DNA of 64,000 nt from Actinomycetota bacterium (lineage in GTDB: Bacteria; Actinomycetota; JAICYB01). The notes under the pieces are model-generated. The model saw only the letters and a program-made list of their open reading frames with translations, did not search any database and was not told the origin of the DNA. The stretch lies in the NCBI GenBank assembly GCA_040905525.1, contig JBBDRJ010000018.1, positions 8,512 to 72,511 of the forward strand. The letters run 5' to 3'. Both the position numbers and the translations under genes were made by a program. Shown here piece by piece: positions 46,872 through 56,040 of this stretch (within the stretch, counting starts at the first letter, position 1; every line of letters starts with the position of its first letter).

Positions 46872-48203
46872 ATGCGCGTGGGGGGAAGAGCCGCCGCGGC
46901 GGCGCTGGCCGGACTGCTCGTCGGTCTGGCCGTTTCCTGGGTGGCGGCGGCCTGGCTGCGCTCGGCCACACCGGAGGCCAATCTGCTGTGGGGCATCGCG
47001 CCACCTAGCAAGGTCGCCATCTGGACCCTGGCCGGAGCCCACGGCGCGACGATCCAGATAGAGGCGGGGGCCGAGGTCGACGAGGGCCTGAGGGACATCG
47101 GCGACCAGATCGGGGACATCTTCGGTCGGGACGATCCCATCCCCGACGCGCCGAGCGGCGACTTCAGCGTTCAGCTCGCTCCGCTGACGATCCTGGCGAT
47201 CGTGGGGATCGCGATCGCCCTGGCCATGCGGGGGTCGGGCGCCCGAGGTTTGGGCGACGTCGCCGTTGCCGCGGTGGTTGCCGGCGCGGTCAACGGGATC
47301 GGCTTGGCCGCGCTCGCTGCGGCATCTCAGGCGCGTCTCGGGTTCGACGTGCAGATCGTGCGCGCCGGTGTTGAAGCGAGCGTTGCGCCGGCGGCGAGCC
47401 TCGTAGTGGGATTCGTATGGGGTGCCGTGTTCGCGGCTATCGGCACGCTCCGACTGCCGTCGGTTGCTCAGCATCTATCGGACCGCATGCGCACCGTGGG
47501 GGCCGGGATATCGAGGGGCGGATGGGTCGCCGCGCTGACGGCGATCGTCTGTCTGGTCGTTCTGGGGCTTGCCCAGCGCGGCAGCGGTGGGATCGACGTC
47601 GGCATCGATGCGCAACTGACACCTCTTGGGATCGTCCTGCTTGGTTTGAACGTGGTTGCCGCGGCCGCAGTGCTCGCTCACGGCGCGCCGATGAGCATCT
47701 CGTTGGATGCCGGACCGCTGAGCAGCTTCACGACTCTCGGTTACATGCCGGAGGGCGCCACGCTCTCGCCCGCGCGCTGGCTCTTCGTTCTCGTCCCCGT
47801 GCTCGGAGGTATCGCCGCAGGCCGCGCGATGCGGCGCCGCCTCGGTCCCGGTTCGGGTTCGACGGCGCTGGCCTTCGGTGTGGTGTGGGGGATCACGCTG
47901 GCCGCCTTGTCCGCGCTGCTTCGTATCCGTGTGCTGTCGAACTTCGAGATCGGCGCCTTGGAGGGAGGCGGCGGCGCAACGATCCAACCACTGCTCGCCC
48001 TCGGCCTCGGTTTCGCGCTGGGCACGATCTTCTCGTACGTCGGCCTGATTACCGGAGGAGGATTGGCCGAACTGGGGAAGCCAACGCCGAATTATTCGAT
48101 GCAGGATTCCCCAGAAGAGCCATCGACGAGATGCGGCAACTGCGGCCGGCCCTTGCCGCCGACAGATCGCTTCTGCAGCGCGTGCGGATCGCCGGTGGTA
48201 TGA
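46872..48203 (+). CDS. Polytopic membrane protein, paralog of 42007-43368, with C-terminal zinc ribbon
   Basis: WTLAGAHG, VLAHGAPMSISLDAGPL, LLRIRVLS; tail RCGNCGRPLPPTDRFCSACG. Confidence 0.78.
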   Translation: MRVGGRAAAAALAGLLVGLAVSWVAAAWLRSATPEANLLWGIAPPSKVAIWTLAGAHGATIQIEAGAEVDEGLRDIGDQIGDIFGRDDPIPDAPSGDFSVQLAPLTILAIVGIAIALAMRGSGARGLGDVAVAAVVAGAVNGIGLAALAAASQARLGFDVQIVRAGVEASVAPAASLVVGFVWGAVFAAIGTLRLPSVAQHLSDRMRTVGAGISRGGWVAALTAIVCLVVLGLAQRGSGGIDVGIDAQLTPLGIVLLGLNVVAAAAVLAHGAPMSISLDAGPLSSFTTLGYMPEGATLSPARWLFVLVPVLGGIAAGRAMRRRLGPGSGSTALAFGVVWGITLAALSALLRIRVLSNFEIGALEGGGGATIQPLLALGLGFALGTIFSYVGLITGGGLAELGKPTPNYSMQDSPEEPSTRCGNCGRPLPPTDRFCSACGSPVV

Positions 48204-49705
48204 GCGAGCAGATACCGCGTCAAGAGGTCGCGATCGGAGCCGCGATCGGGATGGCGGCCGAGGCCGATCCGGATCGCCGGGCGCTGACGCACGACGAGAC
48301 CACCGTCACGCGCATGGAGCTCGAGAAGAGGACGAATCGCCTGGCCCGCGCGTACGAACAGCTCGGAGTGAAGCAGAACGACCTCGTGACCATCGCGCTG
48401 CCGAACTCGATCGAGTTCTTCGAGTCGGCGATCGCGTGCTGGAAGCTCGGCGCGACACCACAGCCGGTGTCGGCGAAGCTTCCGGCCGCCGAGCTCGAAG
48501 CCATCATCGAGCTCGCGAACCCGCCGATCGTCGTCGGCGGACCGCAGGTGGACATCGGCGAGCGCGTGCAGATCGAGCCCGGATTCGGACCGGATCCCTC
48601 GCTACCGGACGAACCGTTGCCCGAACGCATAGCGGCGTCGTGGAAGGCCCCGACGTCGGGCGGGAGCACGGGACGGCCGAAGATAATCCTGTCCGGAACG
48701 CGCGGTGTCACCCAGCTCGGTGTGGGCGGCGCGTTCGGCGTTCCGCACGATGCCGTGGTTCTCGTGCCCGGCGCGCTGTACCACAACGCACCTTTCCAGT
48801 TCGCCGCCATCGGACTCTTCCGCGGCAGCCACGTGATCGTCACCACCCGCTTCGATCCGGCCCAGACCGTCGAGCTCATGGAGCGCCACCGCGTGACGTG
48901 GATGTGGGTCGTGCCCACGATGATGTCGCGCGTCATGCGTCTGCCCGAGGGCGAGCGACTGGCGCGCGACGTGTCTTCGGTGAAAACGGTGTGGCACGGC
49001 GCGGCTCCGTGCCCGCCGTGGGTGAAGGAAGCGTGGATCAACTGGCTCGGCGGCGACGCCGTCTGGGAGCTGTACGCCGGGACCGAAGGCCAGGGACTCT
49101 GCGTCATCAGCGGCACGGAGTGGCTGGAACACCGCGGATCGGTCGGCCGCACCGTCTACGGAAAGATGAAGGTCGTAGACGAGAACGGGAACGAACTTCC
49201 GTCCGGAGAGATCGGCGAGATCTACATGCTCCCGCCCGAGGGCGGCAAGACCTACTCCTACATCGGCGCCCAGGCCAAGGTGCTCGACGGCCACGGCGAA
49301 GGCGGAGCCGAACGGTGGGAGTCGATCGGCGACATGGGCTGGATCGACGACGACGGCTACGTCTACCTGGCCGACCGACGAACCGATCTCATCCTTGCCG
49401 GCGGCGCGAACATCTACCCGGCGGAGGTGGAGGCCGCGCTGGACGAGCACCCGATGGTCCAGACGTGCGCGGTGATCGGACTCCCGGACGAGGACATGGG
49501 CCAGGCCGTGCACGCGATCGTGCAGACGCGCGGCGAGGTTGCGGAGCAAGAGCTGCGGGACTTCTTGTCGGAGCGGCTCGTTCGCTACAAGCTCCCGCGC
49601 ACCTACGAGTTCGTCGACGGGGCGTTGCGCGACGACGCCGGGAAAGTGCGTCGTTCACAGCTCCGCGAAGAACGGATCGCGAACCTTACTGCGCGTAAGG
49701 CTTGA
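48200..49705 (+). CDS. Acyl-CoA ligase (bile acid-CoA ligase BaiB-like)
   Basis: SGGSTGRPK, YAGTE, SIGDMG, GGANIYP; ATG 48200 overlaps the upstream TGA. Confidence 0.9.
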   Translation: MSEQIPRQEVAIGAAIGMAAEADPDRRALTHDETTVTRMELEKRTNRLARAYEQLGVKQNDLVTIALPNSIEFFESAIACWKLGATPQPVSAKLPAAELEAIIELANPPIVVGGPQVDIGERVQIEPGFGPDPSLPDEPLPERIAASWKAPTSGGSTGRPKIILSGTRGVTQLGVGGAFGVPHDAVVLVPGALYHNAPFQFAAIGLFRGSHVIVTTRFDPAQTVELMERHRVTWMWVVPTMMSRVMRLPEGERLARDVSSVKTVWHGAAPCPPWVKEAWINWLGGDAVWELYAGTEGQGLCVISGTEWLEHRGSVGRTVYGKMKVVDENGNELPSGEIGEIYMLPPEGGKTYSYIGAQAKVLDGHGEGGAERWESIGDMGWIDDDGYVYLADRRTDLILAGGANIYPAEVEAALDEHPMVQTCAVIGLPDEDMGQAVHAIVQTRGEVAEQELRDFLSERLVRYKLPRTYEFVDGALRDDAGKVRRSQLREERIANLTARKA

Positions 49706-49852
49706 GCGGCGGCTCGCTCGTGGCGAACGGGAACTGCGGCAGTCCGGTGAGGGTTTCGTTGGTGACGGCGTTCACTCCCGCCGGCCCATCGGTGACCGGA
49801 GTAGCGAACTGCAGGCACGTGGCCGGGTCGAAGCGGGCCGACCGCGGTTCCC

Positions 49853-49891
49853 AAAATGAGACGAGGCCCCTCGGTGTGAGAGGCCTCGTCT
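49853..49891 (-). terminator. Intrinsic terminator (possibly bidirectional)
   Basis: Arms AGACGAGGCCCCTC / GAGAGGCCTCGTCT, followed by CATTTT on the minus strand. Confidence 0.7.
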
Positions 49892-49909
49892 TGATCCGCT
49901 TCGCTGTTA

Positions 49910-50767
49910 CTAGCTCTCTGTCTTCTTGCGAGCGGCCGGCTTCCTCGCGCGGCCGTTGCCGCGAACCGTGACCTTCACGCCGTCGATCGTTCCGGTGACC
50001 ACGCCGCGCACGGCGTCGACCGCGGTCTGACCGAGGTCCCTGGCGCCGTTAACGGCACCCGTCGCGGCCGCCGATGCGGCGTCCTCGACGTTGAGACCAA
50101 TCTCCTTGGCCGTGTCGATCGCGCCGACGACGGCTGCGCGCGCGACCGAGCGCAGATCCGTACCGACTTCGCCGGCACCCGTGACAAGACCGCTGGCCGT
50201 GCTCTGGATCGCCGAAGTCGTGTCGGCTGCGATACCCGTCGCGCCCTTGACCACGCCGCTCACGGTTTCGCTCGCCGTCGACACCGCGTCGCCGCTGATG
50301 TCCTTGGCTCCCTGGATCGCGCCGCGTCCGATGCTGAACGCCGTGTCCTCCACGCCGAGTGCGAGCTTCTTCGTTGCCGACATCGCCGCTTCGGCCGTTC
50401 CGGCCGCCGCCTCAGCGACGTCGCCACCGATGTCCGCGGTTCCCTTGATCGCCGCGCGCACGGTGTTCGAAACCACGCCGGCAGTTACGGTCGTGATCTC
50501 GCCGACGCCTTCGATCACTCCGACGATCGTTCCCTTGAGGACGTCGATGAGACTTCCTCCGACCTCACCGACGGCTTGCAGGGCCCCGGTGATCGCTCCG
50601 GAGATCGCTCCCGTGGCTTCCTTGGCTACATCTCCCACGCCTTGCAGCGTGCCGGCCACGGTATCTCTGACGGTGTCGACGGTTCCGCCGACGACGTCGC
50701 CGGCTCCCTTGACGACTCCCGAGACGGAGTCCTTGACCTTGCGTCCTACTTCTCCAGCAGCGCCCAT
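49910..50767 (-). CDS. Gly/Ala/Thr/Val-rich protein of eleven 22-residue amphipathic repeats
   Basis: AGGAGG RBS; uninterrupted 22-aa register; basic tail. Confidence 0.85.
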   Translation of the reverse strand: MGAAGEVGRKVKDSVSGVVKGAGDVVGGTVDTVRDTVAGTLQGVGDVAKEATGAISGAITGALQAVGEVGGSLIDVLKGTIVGVIEGVGEITTVTAGVVSNTVRAAIKGTADIGGDVAEAAAGTAEAAMSATKKLALGVEDTAFSIGRGAIQGAKDISGDAVSTASETVSGVVKGATGIAADTTSAIQSTASGLVTGAGEVGTDLRSVARAAVVGAIDTAKEIGLNVEDAASAAATGAVNGARDLGQTAVDAVRGVVTGTIDGVKVTVRGNGRARKPAARKKTES

Positions 50768-50849
50768 GACTACCTCCTTCTAGCGGCGCGCACAAGAGCG
50801 CACCTTTTGGGGCTAGCCAAAGACAGACTCGCCTTACAGCGATGTAGTT

Positions 50850-51800
50850 TCAGCCGCGCCGGCGGTCTTTCAAGGGGACGCCGCCCATGCCCACGGGCTC
50901 GGACGCCTCGGACACCAGCTCGGCTACGACCGACCCGAGCTCGGCCGGGTCCCAGCGGCCTTCCTTGGTCCGGTTCGGCCCGCGGTGCCACCCTTCGGCG
51001 ATGCCGAGGCGTCCGCCGGAGGCCTCGAACACGTGGCCGGTGACGCCCTTCGACTCGGCGCTCCCGAGCCAGACGACGATCGGCGCGATGTTGTCCGCGT
51101 CGCGCGGGCTCCATTCCCGTTCGCCGGGTGCTTCGCCCCCGGTGGCGGGCGGTGCCGTGCGTCCCGGGCCGAGGTCCTCCGTCATGCGCGTAAGGGCGCC
51201 GGGGGAGACGGCGTTGACCGTGATGCCGTACTTGGCGAGCTCCCGCGAGGTGATGATCGTGAAGGAAGCGATGCCTGCTTTCGCCGTCCCGTAGTTGGAC
51301 TGTCCCGGGTTCCCGTAGATGCCGGAAGCCGACGTCGTGTTGATCACGCGCGTGTCGAGCTCTTCGCCGGCCTTGGCCATCTCGCGCCACCGCGCGACGG
51401 CGTGACGCGTGGGACAGAACGTCCCTTTGAGGTGGACTTTGATGACCGAGTCCCACTCCGCCTCTTCCATGTTGAAGAGCATGCGATCGCGCAGGATACC
51501 GGCGTTGTTGACGAGAACGTCGAGCTTTCCGAACGTGTCGTAGGCCTGGTCGATCAGTGCCTTGGCTGCGTCCCAGTCGGAGACGTCAACCGAGTTGGCG
51601 ATCGCTTCGCCGCCGGCGGCCTTGATCTCGGCCACGACGCTGCCGGCAACGGGCTGGGGGGTTCCGCTGCCGTCCCGCTCCATGCCCAGGTCGTTGACGA
51701 TGACCTTCGCGCCCTGGCGCGCGAACTCGAGCGCGTGGCCGCGGCCGATGCCGCGCCCGGCTCCCGTGATGATGACGACGCGTCCCTCACATATACCCAT
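50850..51800 (-). CDS. Short-chain dehydrogenase/reductase
   Basis: TGAGRGIG, NNAGILRD, YGTAK. Confidence 0.93.
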   Translation of the reverse strand: MGICEGRVVIITGAGRGIGRGHALEFARQGAKVIVNDLGMERDGSGTPQPVAGSVVAEIKAAGGEAIANSVDVSDWDAAKALIDQAYDTFGKLDVLVNNAGILRDRMLFNMEEAEWDSVIKVHLKGTFCPTRHAVARWREMAKAGEELDTRVINTTSASGIYGNPGQSNYGTAKAGIASFTIITSRELAKYGITVNAVSPGALTRMTEDLGPGRTAPPATGGEAPGEREWSPRDADNIAPIVVWLGSAESKGVTGHVFEASGGRLGIAEGWHRGPNRTKEGRWDPAELGSVVAELVSEASEPVGMGGVPLKDRRRG

Positions 51801-51841
51801 AACCGCCTCCGCTTCGCTCCGGCGTGGCGCAGATCCCCATA

Positions 51842-53431
51842 TCAGTCACTCACCTTTTCTCTGTAGCGCTCTCGGATCAGACGTCTATACAGCTTCCCGG
51901 TCTCGTGACGCGGCAGATCGTCCTCGAAGGCGATCGTCTTCGGGCACTTGAATCTCGCCAGACGTTCGCGCGCGTACGCGATCAATTCTTGTGCGAGATC
52001 GTCCGACGGCTCGATCCCGTCCTTGAGCTCGATCACGCCCTTGACCTCTTCGCCCCATTCGGTGTTGGGGATGCCGATCGTGCACGAGTCGCGGACTCCC
52101 GGGTGCGTGAGCATCACTGCGTCGACCTCGGCCGGGTAGATGTTCACACCGCCGGAGATGATGAGGTCGGCCGAGCGGTCGGTTAGGAACAGGTAGTTGT
52201 CCTCGTCGACGAAGCCCATGTCGCCGAGCGTGAAGTAGTCGCCCCGGTAGGCCTTCGTCGTCTTCTCGTTGTCCTTGTAGTACTCGAACCGCGTCTCGGG
52301 TTCCTCGGGAGCCTTGAGGTAAACCGTCCCCACCTCGCCGACCTCGACGGCGTTCCCGTCGTCGTCGCGGATCTCGACGTGGCCCTCGGGGATCTTGCCA
52401 ACGGTGCCCGGCTTGGTCAGCCACTCGTCGGACTCGACGGAGGTTCCCGCGCCTTCGGTGGCAGCGTAGTACTCCCAGATGATCGGACCGACCCAGTCGA
52501 TCATCGCTTTCTTCACGTGGACGGGACACGGAGCCGCGCCGTGCCCGATGCGCTTGAGCGAGGAGATGTCGTAGCGGTTGCGAACGTCGTCGGGAAGCGA
52601 CAGCAGACGGTGGAACATGATTGGGACGAGATGCACGTGCGTGATGCGGTGCGCTTCGATGAGCCGGAGCGTCTCTTCGGGGTCCCAGCCGTCCATGACC
52701 ACGACGCCGATGCCCCAGAGGAACGGCAGGCCCAAAGAGAAGGCAAGGGGAGCGGCGTGATAGAGGGGCCCCGTGCAGAGGTGGAGGTCGCCGTCGGTGT
52801 GCAAGCGCACTGCTTCGTTCTGCGCGCGGCGAGGTGCCGGGCGCTTCCTGTACACACCCTTCGGACGGCCGGTGGTTCCCGACGTGTACAGCATCGTGTT
52901 GCCGAAGCCTTCGTTCTCGACGGGCCTGGGTGATTGCGAACTCACTGCGGCCTCGTAGTCCTCGAAACCGTCGATTGGCCCGCCAATGGCAAGGAAGACC
53001 TTGGTGCCGGGTGACAGCTTCGCGGCTTCCGCACACGTCTTTGCGAACCGCTCATCGCCGACGAAGATCGCCGCCTCGCAATCGTTCACGATGTACGCGA
53101 TCTCCTCGGCCCCCAAGTGCCAGTTGATGGGGGTCAGCCGCAGACCGTTACGGGCCGCGGCCACGTAGACCTCCACGAACTCCGGACGGTTGGAGCAGAC
53201 GAGCACGATCGACTGTCCGGCCTCGATCCCGCGCTCCCGCATGGCGCGGACGAGCTGGTTCGTGCGGGCGTCGAGGGAGGCCCAAGTCCGGTCGCCGGCG
53301 GCCGAGATGATCGCGGGCTCATCCGGCTGGGTCTTGGCTCGCTGGGCCACCGCGCGCTGCGGAAGCGTCGGGTAGCGCGGCCCGTCGGCCTTCCGGGCTT
53401 CGGTCTGTTGCGACGCAGATGCCTCGGCCAA
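51842..53431 (-). CDS. Acyl-CoA synthetase
   Basis: YTSGTTGRPKG, YYAATE, TLGDMG, SGGVNIYP. Confidence 0.93.
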   Translation of the reverse strand: MAEASASQQTEARKADGPRYPTLPQRAVAQRAKTQPDEPAIISAAGDRTWASLDARTNQLVRAMRERGIEAGQSIVLVCSNRPEFVEVYVAAARNGLRLTPINWHLGAEEIAYIVNDCEAAIFVGDERFAKTCAEAAKLSPGTKVFLAIGGPIDGFEDYEAAVSSQSPRPVENEGFGNTMLYTSGTTGRPKGVYRKRPAPRRAQNEAVRLHTDGDLHLCTGPLYHAAPLAFSLGLPFLWGIGVVVMDGWDPEETLRLIEAHRITHVHLVPIMFHRLLSLPDDVRNRYDISSLKRIGHGAAPCPVHVKKAMIDWVGPIIWEYYAATEGAGTSVESDEWLTKPGTVGKIPEGHVEIRDDDGNAVEVGEVGTVYLKAPEEPETRFEYYKDNEKTTKAYRGDYFTLGDMGFVDEDNYLFLTDRSADLIISGGVNIYPAEVDAVMLTHPGVRDSCTIGIPNTEWGEEVKGVIELKDGIEPSDDLAQELIAYARERLARFKCPKTIAFEDDLPRHETGKLYRRLIRERYREKVSD

Positions 53432-53445
53432 ACCTCAGACTCCCC

Positions 53446-53461
53446 TTGACTCCCCAGTCAA
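53446..53461. promoter_or_regulatory. Candidate operator palindrome TTGACT-CCCC-AGTCAA
   Basis: Perfect 6-4-6 inverted repeat just upstream of the acyl-CoA synthetase start, divergent from mca. Confidence 0.5.
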
Positions 53462-53543
53462 TACATGATGGCGCAACGGGTCTGGTGGCTGCACACCCCG
53501 GGCGTGGGAACGCACACCCCCGGCATCGGGTTCAATAGTGACC

Positions 53544-54431
53544 ATGGAAGAAAGGCTCACCCTCCTGACCGTCCACGCCCATCCCGACGACGAAGCGTCC
53601 AAGGGGGCCGGGACGGTCGCGAAGTACCACGAAGAGGGCATCCACACGGTGCTCGTCTGCGCGACGGGCGGCGAGGCCGGGGACATCCTCAACCCCGAGA
53701 TGGACAAGCCCGAGGTCAAGGACAACATCACCGCCGTCCGGCGGGAGGAGCTGGCCAACGCGGCCAAGATCATCGGCTACGACGAGGTCGTGATGCTGGG
53801 CTACCGCGACTCGGGGATGCCGGACACCGACCACAACGCCCACCCGGAGTGTTTCGCCCAGGCCGACTTCCGGGAGGCCGTCGGGCGCTTGGTCACGATC
53901 ATCCGGCGTGAGCGTCCTCAGGTGATCGTCACGTACGGCGACGATCACCGCGGATATCCGCACCCCGACCACATACGCGTCCACGACATCTCCGTGGCCG
54001 CGTTCGAAGCGGCGGGGGATCCGGACGCTTACACGTGGGCCGGAGAGCCCTGGCAGGCGCTGAAGCTCTACTACACGATGTGGTCCCGCAAGCGGATGCT
54101 CGCGACGCACGAGAAGTTCCTCGAGCTGGGCCTGGAGTCACCGTTCTCCGAGGATTGGTTCAAGAACCGTCCGGCCCAGGACGAACGCTCGACGACGTCG
54201 ATCGACATCTATGGATACTCGGACGTCCGCCGCGACGCTCTACTCGCGCACCGCACGCAGGTCGATCCGAACTCGAGGTTCTGGTTCGGGCTCCCGCCGG
54301 AAGTCGCCAAGGAGATCCATCCCTTCGACGACTACATCCTGGCCCGCAGCCTCGTGGAGTCGAAGCCCCCGGAGGACGACCTGTTCGCCGGGGTCCGCGA
54401 ACGCAACGGCGTTCACAGCTCAGCAGTGTGA
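53544..54431 (+). CDS. mca: Mycothiol conjugate amidase
   Basis: VHAHPDDEASKGA, LGYRDSG, GYPHPDH, KLYY, LESPF, AHRTQVDP, EDDLFAG. Confidence 0.88.
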   Translation: MEERLTLLTVHAHPDDEASKGAGTVAKYHEEGIHTVLVCATGGEAGDILNPEMDKPEVKDNITAVRREELANAAKIIGYDEVVMLGYRDSGMPDTDHNAHPECFAQADFREAVGRLVTIIRRERPQVIVTYGDDHRGYPHPDHIRVHDISVAAFEAAGDPDAYTWAGEPWQALKLYYTMWSRKRMLATHEKFLELGLESPFSEDWFKNRPAQDERSTTSIDIYGYSDVRRDALLAHRTQVDPNSRFWFGLPPEVAKEIHPFDDYILARSLVESKPPEDDLFAGVRERNGVHSSAV

Positions 54432-54733
54432 GTGCAGTGAGCGTTGGATGCAGCTGCGAATTGTTGTGAAGGGCGGCCCAGCCTAGAAGTCGCCGAGCAG
54501 AAGGTTCGTGGTCGCTTCGGAGTTGCGCAGTGTCTGCCACGTCCCACTGACGTTCATCGAAACTCGGGGGACTACAAGCATCGGGTGCGGTCGAGAACGA
54601 GCGTCTCAGTGGCAGTCTGTCTCTGACTGAGCATCGCTTCGCTGTCCGAAGCCCGAAGTCCGAGTGCTCCCGCCGGGTCAGTCGGAGCACTTTCGCAATT
54701 TTCGTGACATCAAGCTCGCGGCGCCTGCGTCCT

Positions 54734-55948
54734 CTAGTAGCCGACGGCGTCGATTAGGGCATGCACTATGTTTGCGTCGCCGGATAGTGCGCCTTCTACA
54801 AGACGCCTAGCCGTCTCTTCAGGGTTACGTGTTCGCGTGAGGCGCGCGAGACAATCTCCTATTGAGTCAGCGAGTTCATGAAGGACGGCCGTAGTCGAAA
54901 CGGGCAGCGCCTGCTGCACCGTTTGGAAGAGGTTCGGATTAGCTTTGGCTGTTTCGATAAGAAACCCTAGGAATCCGCCAATGATGTCGAGTGCGTGCTC
55001 AGGGCCAATCGCAGACTCGAAGTTGATTCCCTGAGTCGCTATCAGTGATCGGACGGCTGAGTCGGCAAGATCACCTAAATTCTTGAACCAAATCGAAACG
55101 ACGTCGAGTTCCAGCTCGCAGGCGTCCGCTACTTCAATCAGTGTGGGTGTCGGAACTCTCTTCCATTGACGTATGGATTCGTCGACGATGCGGTCGAACA
55201 AACCGGCCGAGGTCTCGTCCGTTGGGCGGCGATCGTCGACATCTGGTCCCGGCTCCGTAAGGTTCCAAGCGACTTGGTAGATCGCGTCGGCCGCGAGGTC
55301 GAGATCGATCGCATTCGGGTCAATGAACAAGCGCAACGCTAGGCCGTCCGTTAACGAGTGCATCAGGATGACGAGGTCTTCCTTGGTGATGCCCTTTTTC
55401 GGCCTTCGACCTAGCTGCGACATGGCCATTCCGAGGGTCTCGGCCAACCGCTCGGTCATGCCGTCGTAAAACTCTTTGCGAATTTCAATGATCCGCTGCC
55501 CAACTTCAGTTTGCTTATCGTCAGGCTTTTTCCCTTGCCACTGAGGGCTCGAGGTAAGAGCGGCGGACTGAATTACCCAACCTGCCGGCGTTCCTGGCGA
55601 CGAGAACTGATGTTGGAGATTGAGCTTGAGCATGTACTTCAGGGTGTCAACGAGCTCCTTTAGTGACCGACGACCGACCGTCTGTTCGCGGTAGCTGTCT
55701 CTGAGTTGGCGGAGGACGTCGTCAAAACCGCCTCGTCCCGTCGTGTTTATCCACAAGGCGATCTCTTCAACGATCGTGGCCGCCGAATCGAATGCTCGGT
55801 ATGCGGTGTACCTGCTAGGTGACCCTTCCCGTTTCGCGAGCTGATCTCGCGAAAGAAGCCGTTCGAGACCGCTGACCGCGTCTGCCAAAAGTACGTCTAT
55901 TCCCGCCTCAAGGAGAGCTTCTCGGGCTTTCTTGGACACCCTGGCCAT
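54734..55948 (-). CDS. Putative regulator with two divergent TetR-like modules
   Basis: N-terminal REALLEAG..SRYTAYRAFDS; second HTH-like TLIEVADACELELDVVSIWFKN. Confidence 0.6.
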   Translation of the reverse strand: MARVSKKAREALLEAGIDVLLADAVSGLERLLSRDQLAKREGSPSRYTAYRAFDSAATIVEEIALWINTTGRGGFDDVLRQLRDSYREQTVGRRSLKELVDTLKYMLKLNLQHQFSSPGTPAGWVIQSAALTSSPQWQGKKPDDKQTEVGQRIIEIRKEFYDGMTERLAETLGMAMSQLGRRPKKGITKEDLVILMHSLTDGLALRLFIDPNAIDLDLAADAIYQVAWNLTEPGPDVDDRRPTDETSAGLFDRIVDESIRQWKRVPTPTLIEVADACELELDVVSIWFKNLGDLADSAVRSLIATQGINFESAIGPEHALDIIGGFLGFLIETAKANPNLFQTVQQALPVSTTAVLHELADSIGDCLARLTRTRNPEETARRLVEGALSGDANIVHALIDAVGY

Positions 55949-55974
55949 CTAAATTCGCCTCGTCGATTCCCGGC

Positions 55975-55991
55975 TGCAACAAGTTGTTGCA
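55975..55991. promoter_or_regulatory. Perfect palindrome TGCAACAA-G-TTGTTGCA (candidate operator)
   Basis: 26 bp upstream of the TetR-like gene, next to the divergent promoter. Confidence 0.55.
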
Positions 55992-56010
55992 AGCTACATA
56001 ACTATGCCTA

Positions 56011-56040
56011 TTGACACTCTGCAACTCATGGTCCTATAAG
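56011..56040 (+). promoter_or_regulatory. Sigma70-type promoter candidate
   Basis: TTGACA-N18-TATAAG. Confidence 0.45.

Noticed and set aside
47417-48199. Apparent long N-terminal extension of the acyl-CoA ligase (762-aa ORF)
   Set aside because: Arg-rich off-frame read of the membrane gene; the real start is ATG 48200
49706-49852. Possible small minus-strand ORF or gene remnant (..FDPATCLQFATPVTDGPAG..)
   Set aside because: No start codon or RBS seen in that frame, and it lies past a terminator
54432-54733. Possible att site, tRNA fragment or ORF at the island's left edge
   Set aside because: No tRNA-like sequence, no match to the right edge found by eye, and ORFs are short and motif-free
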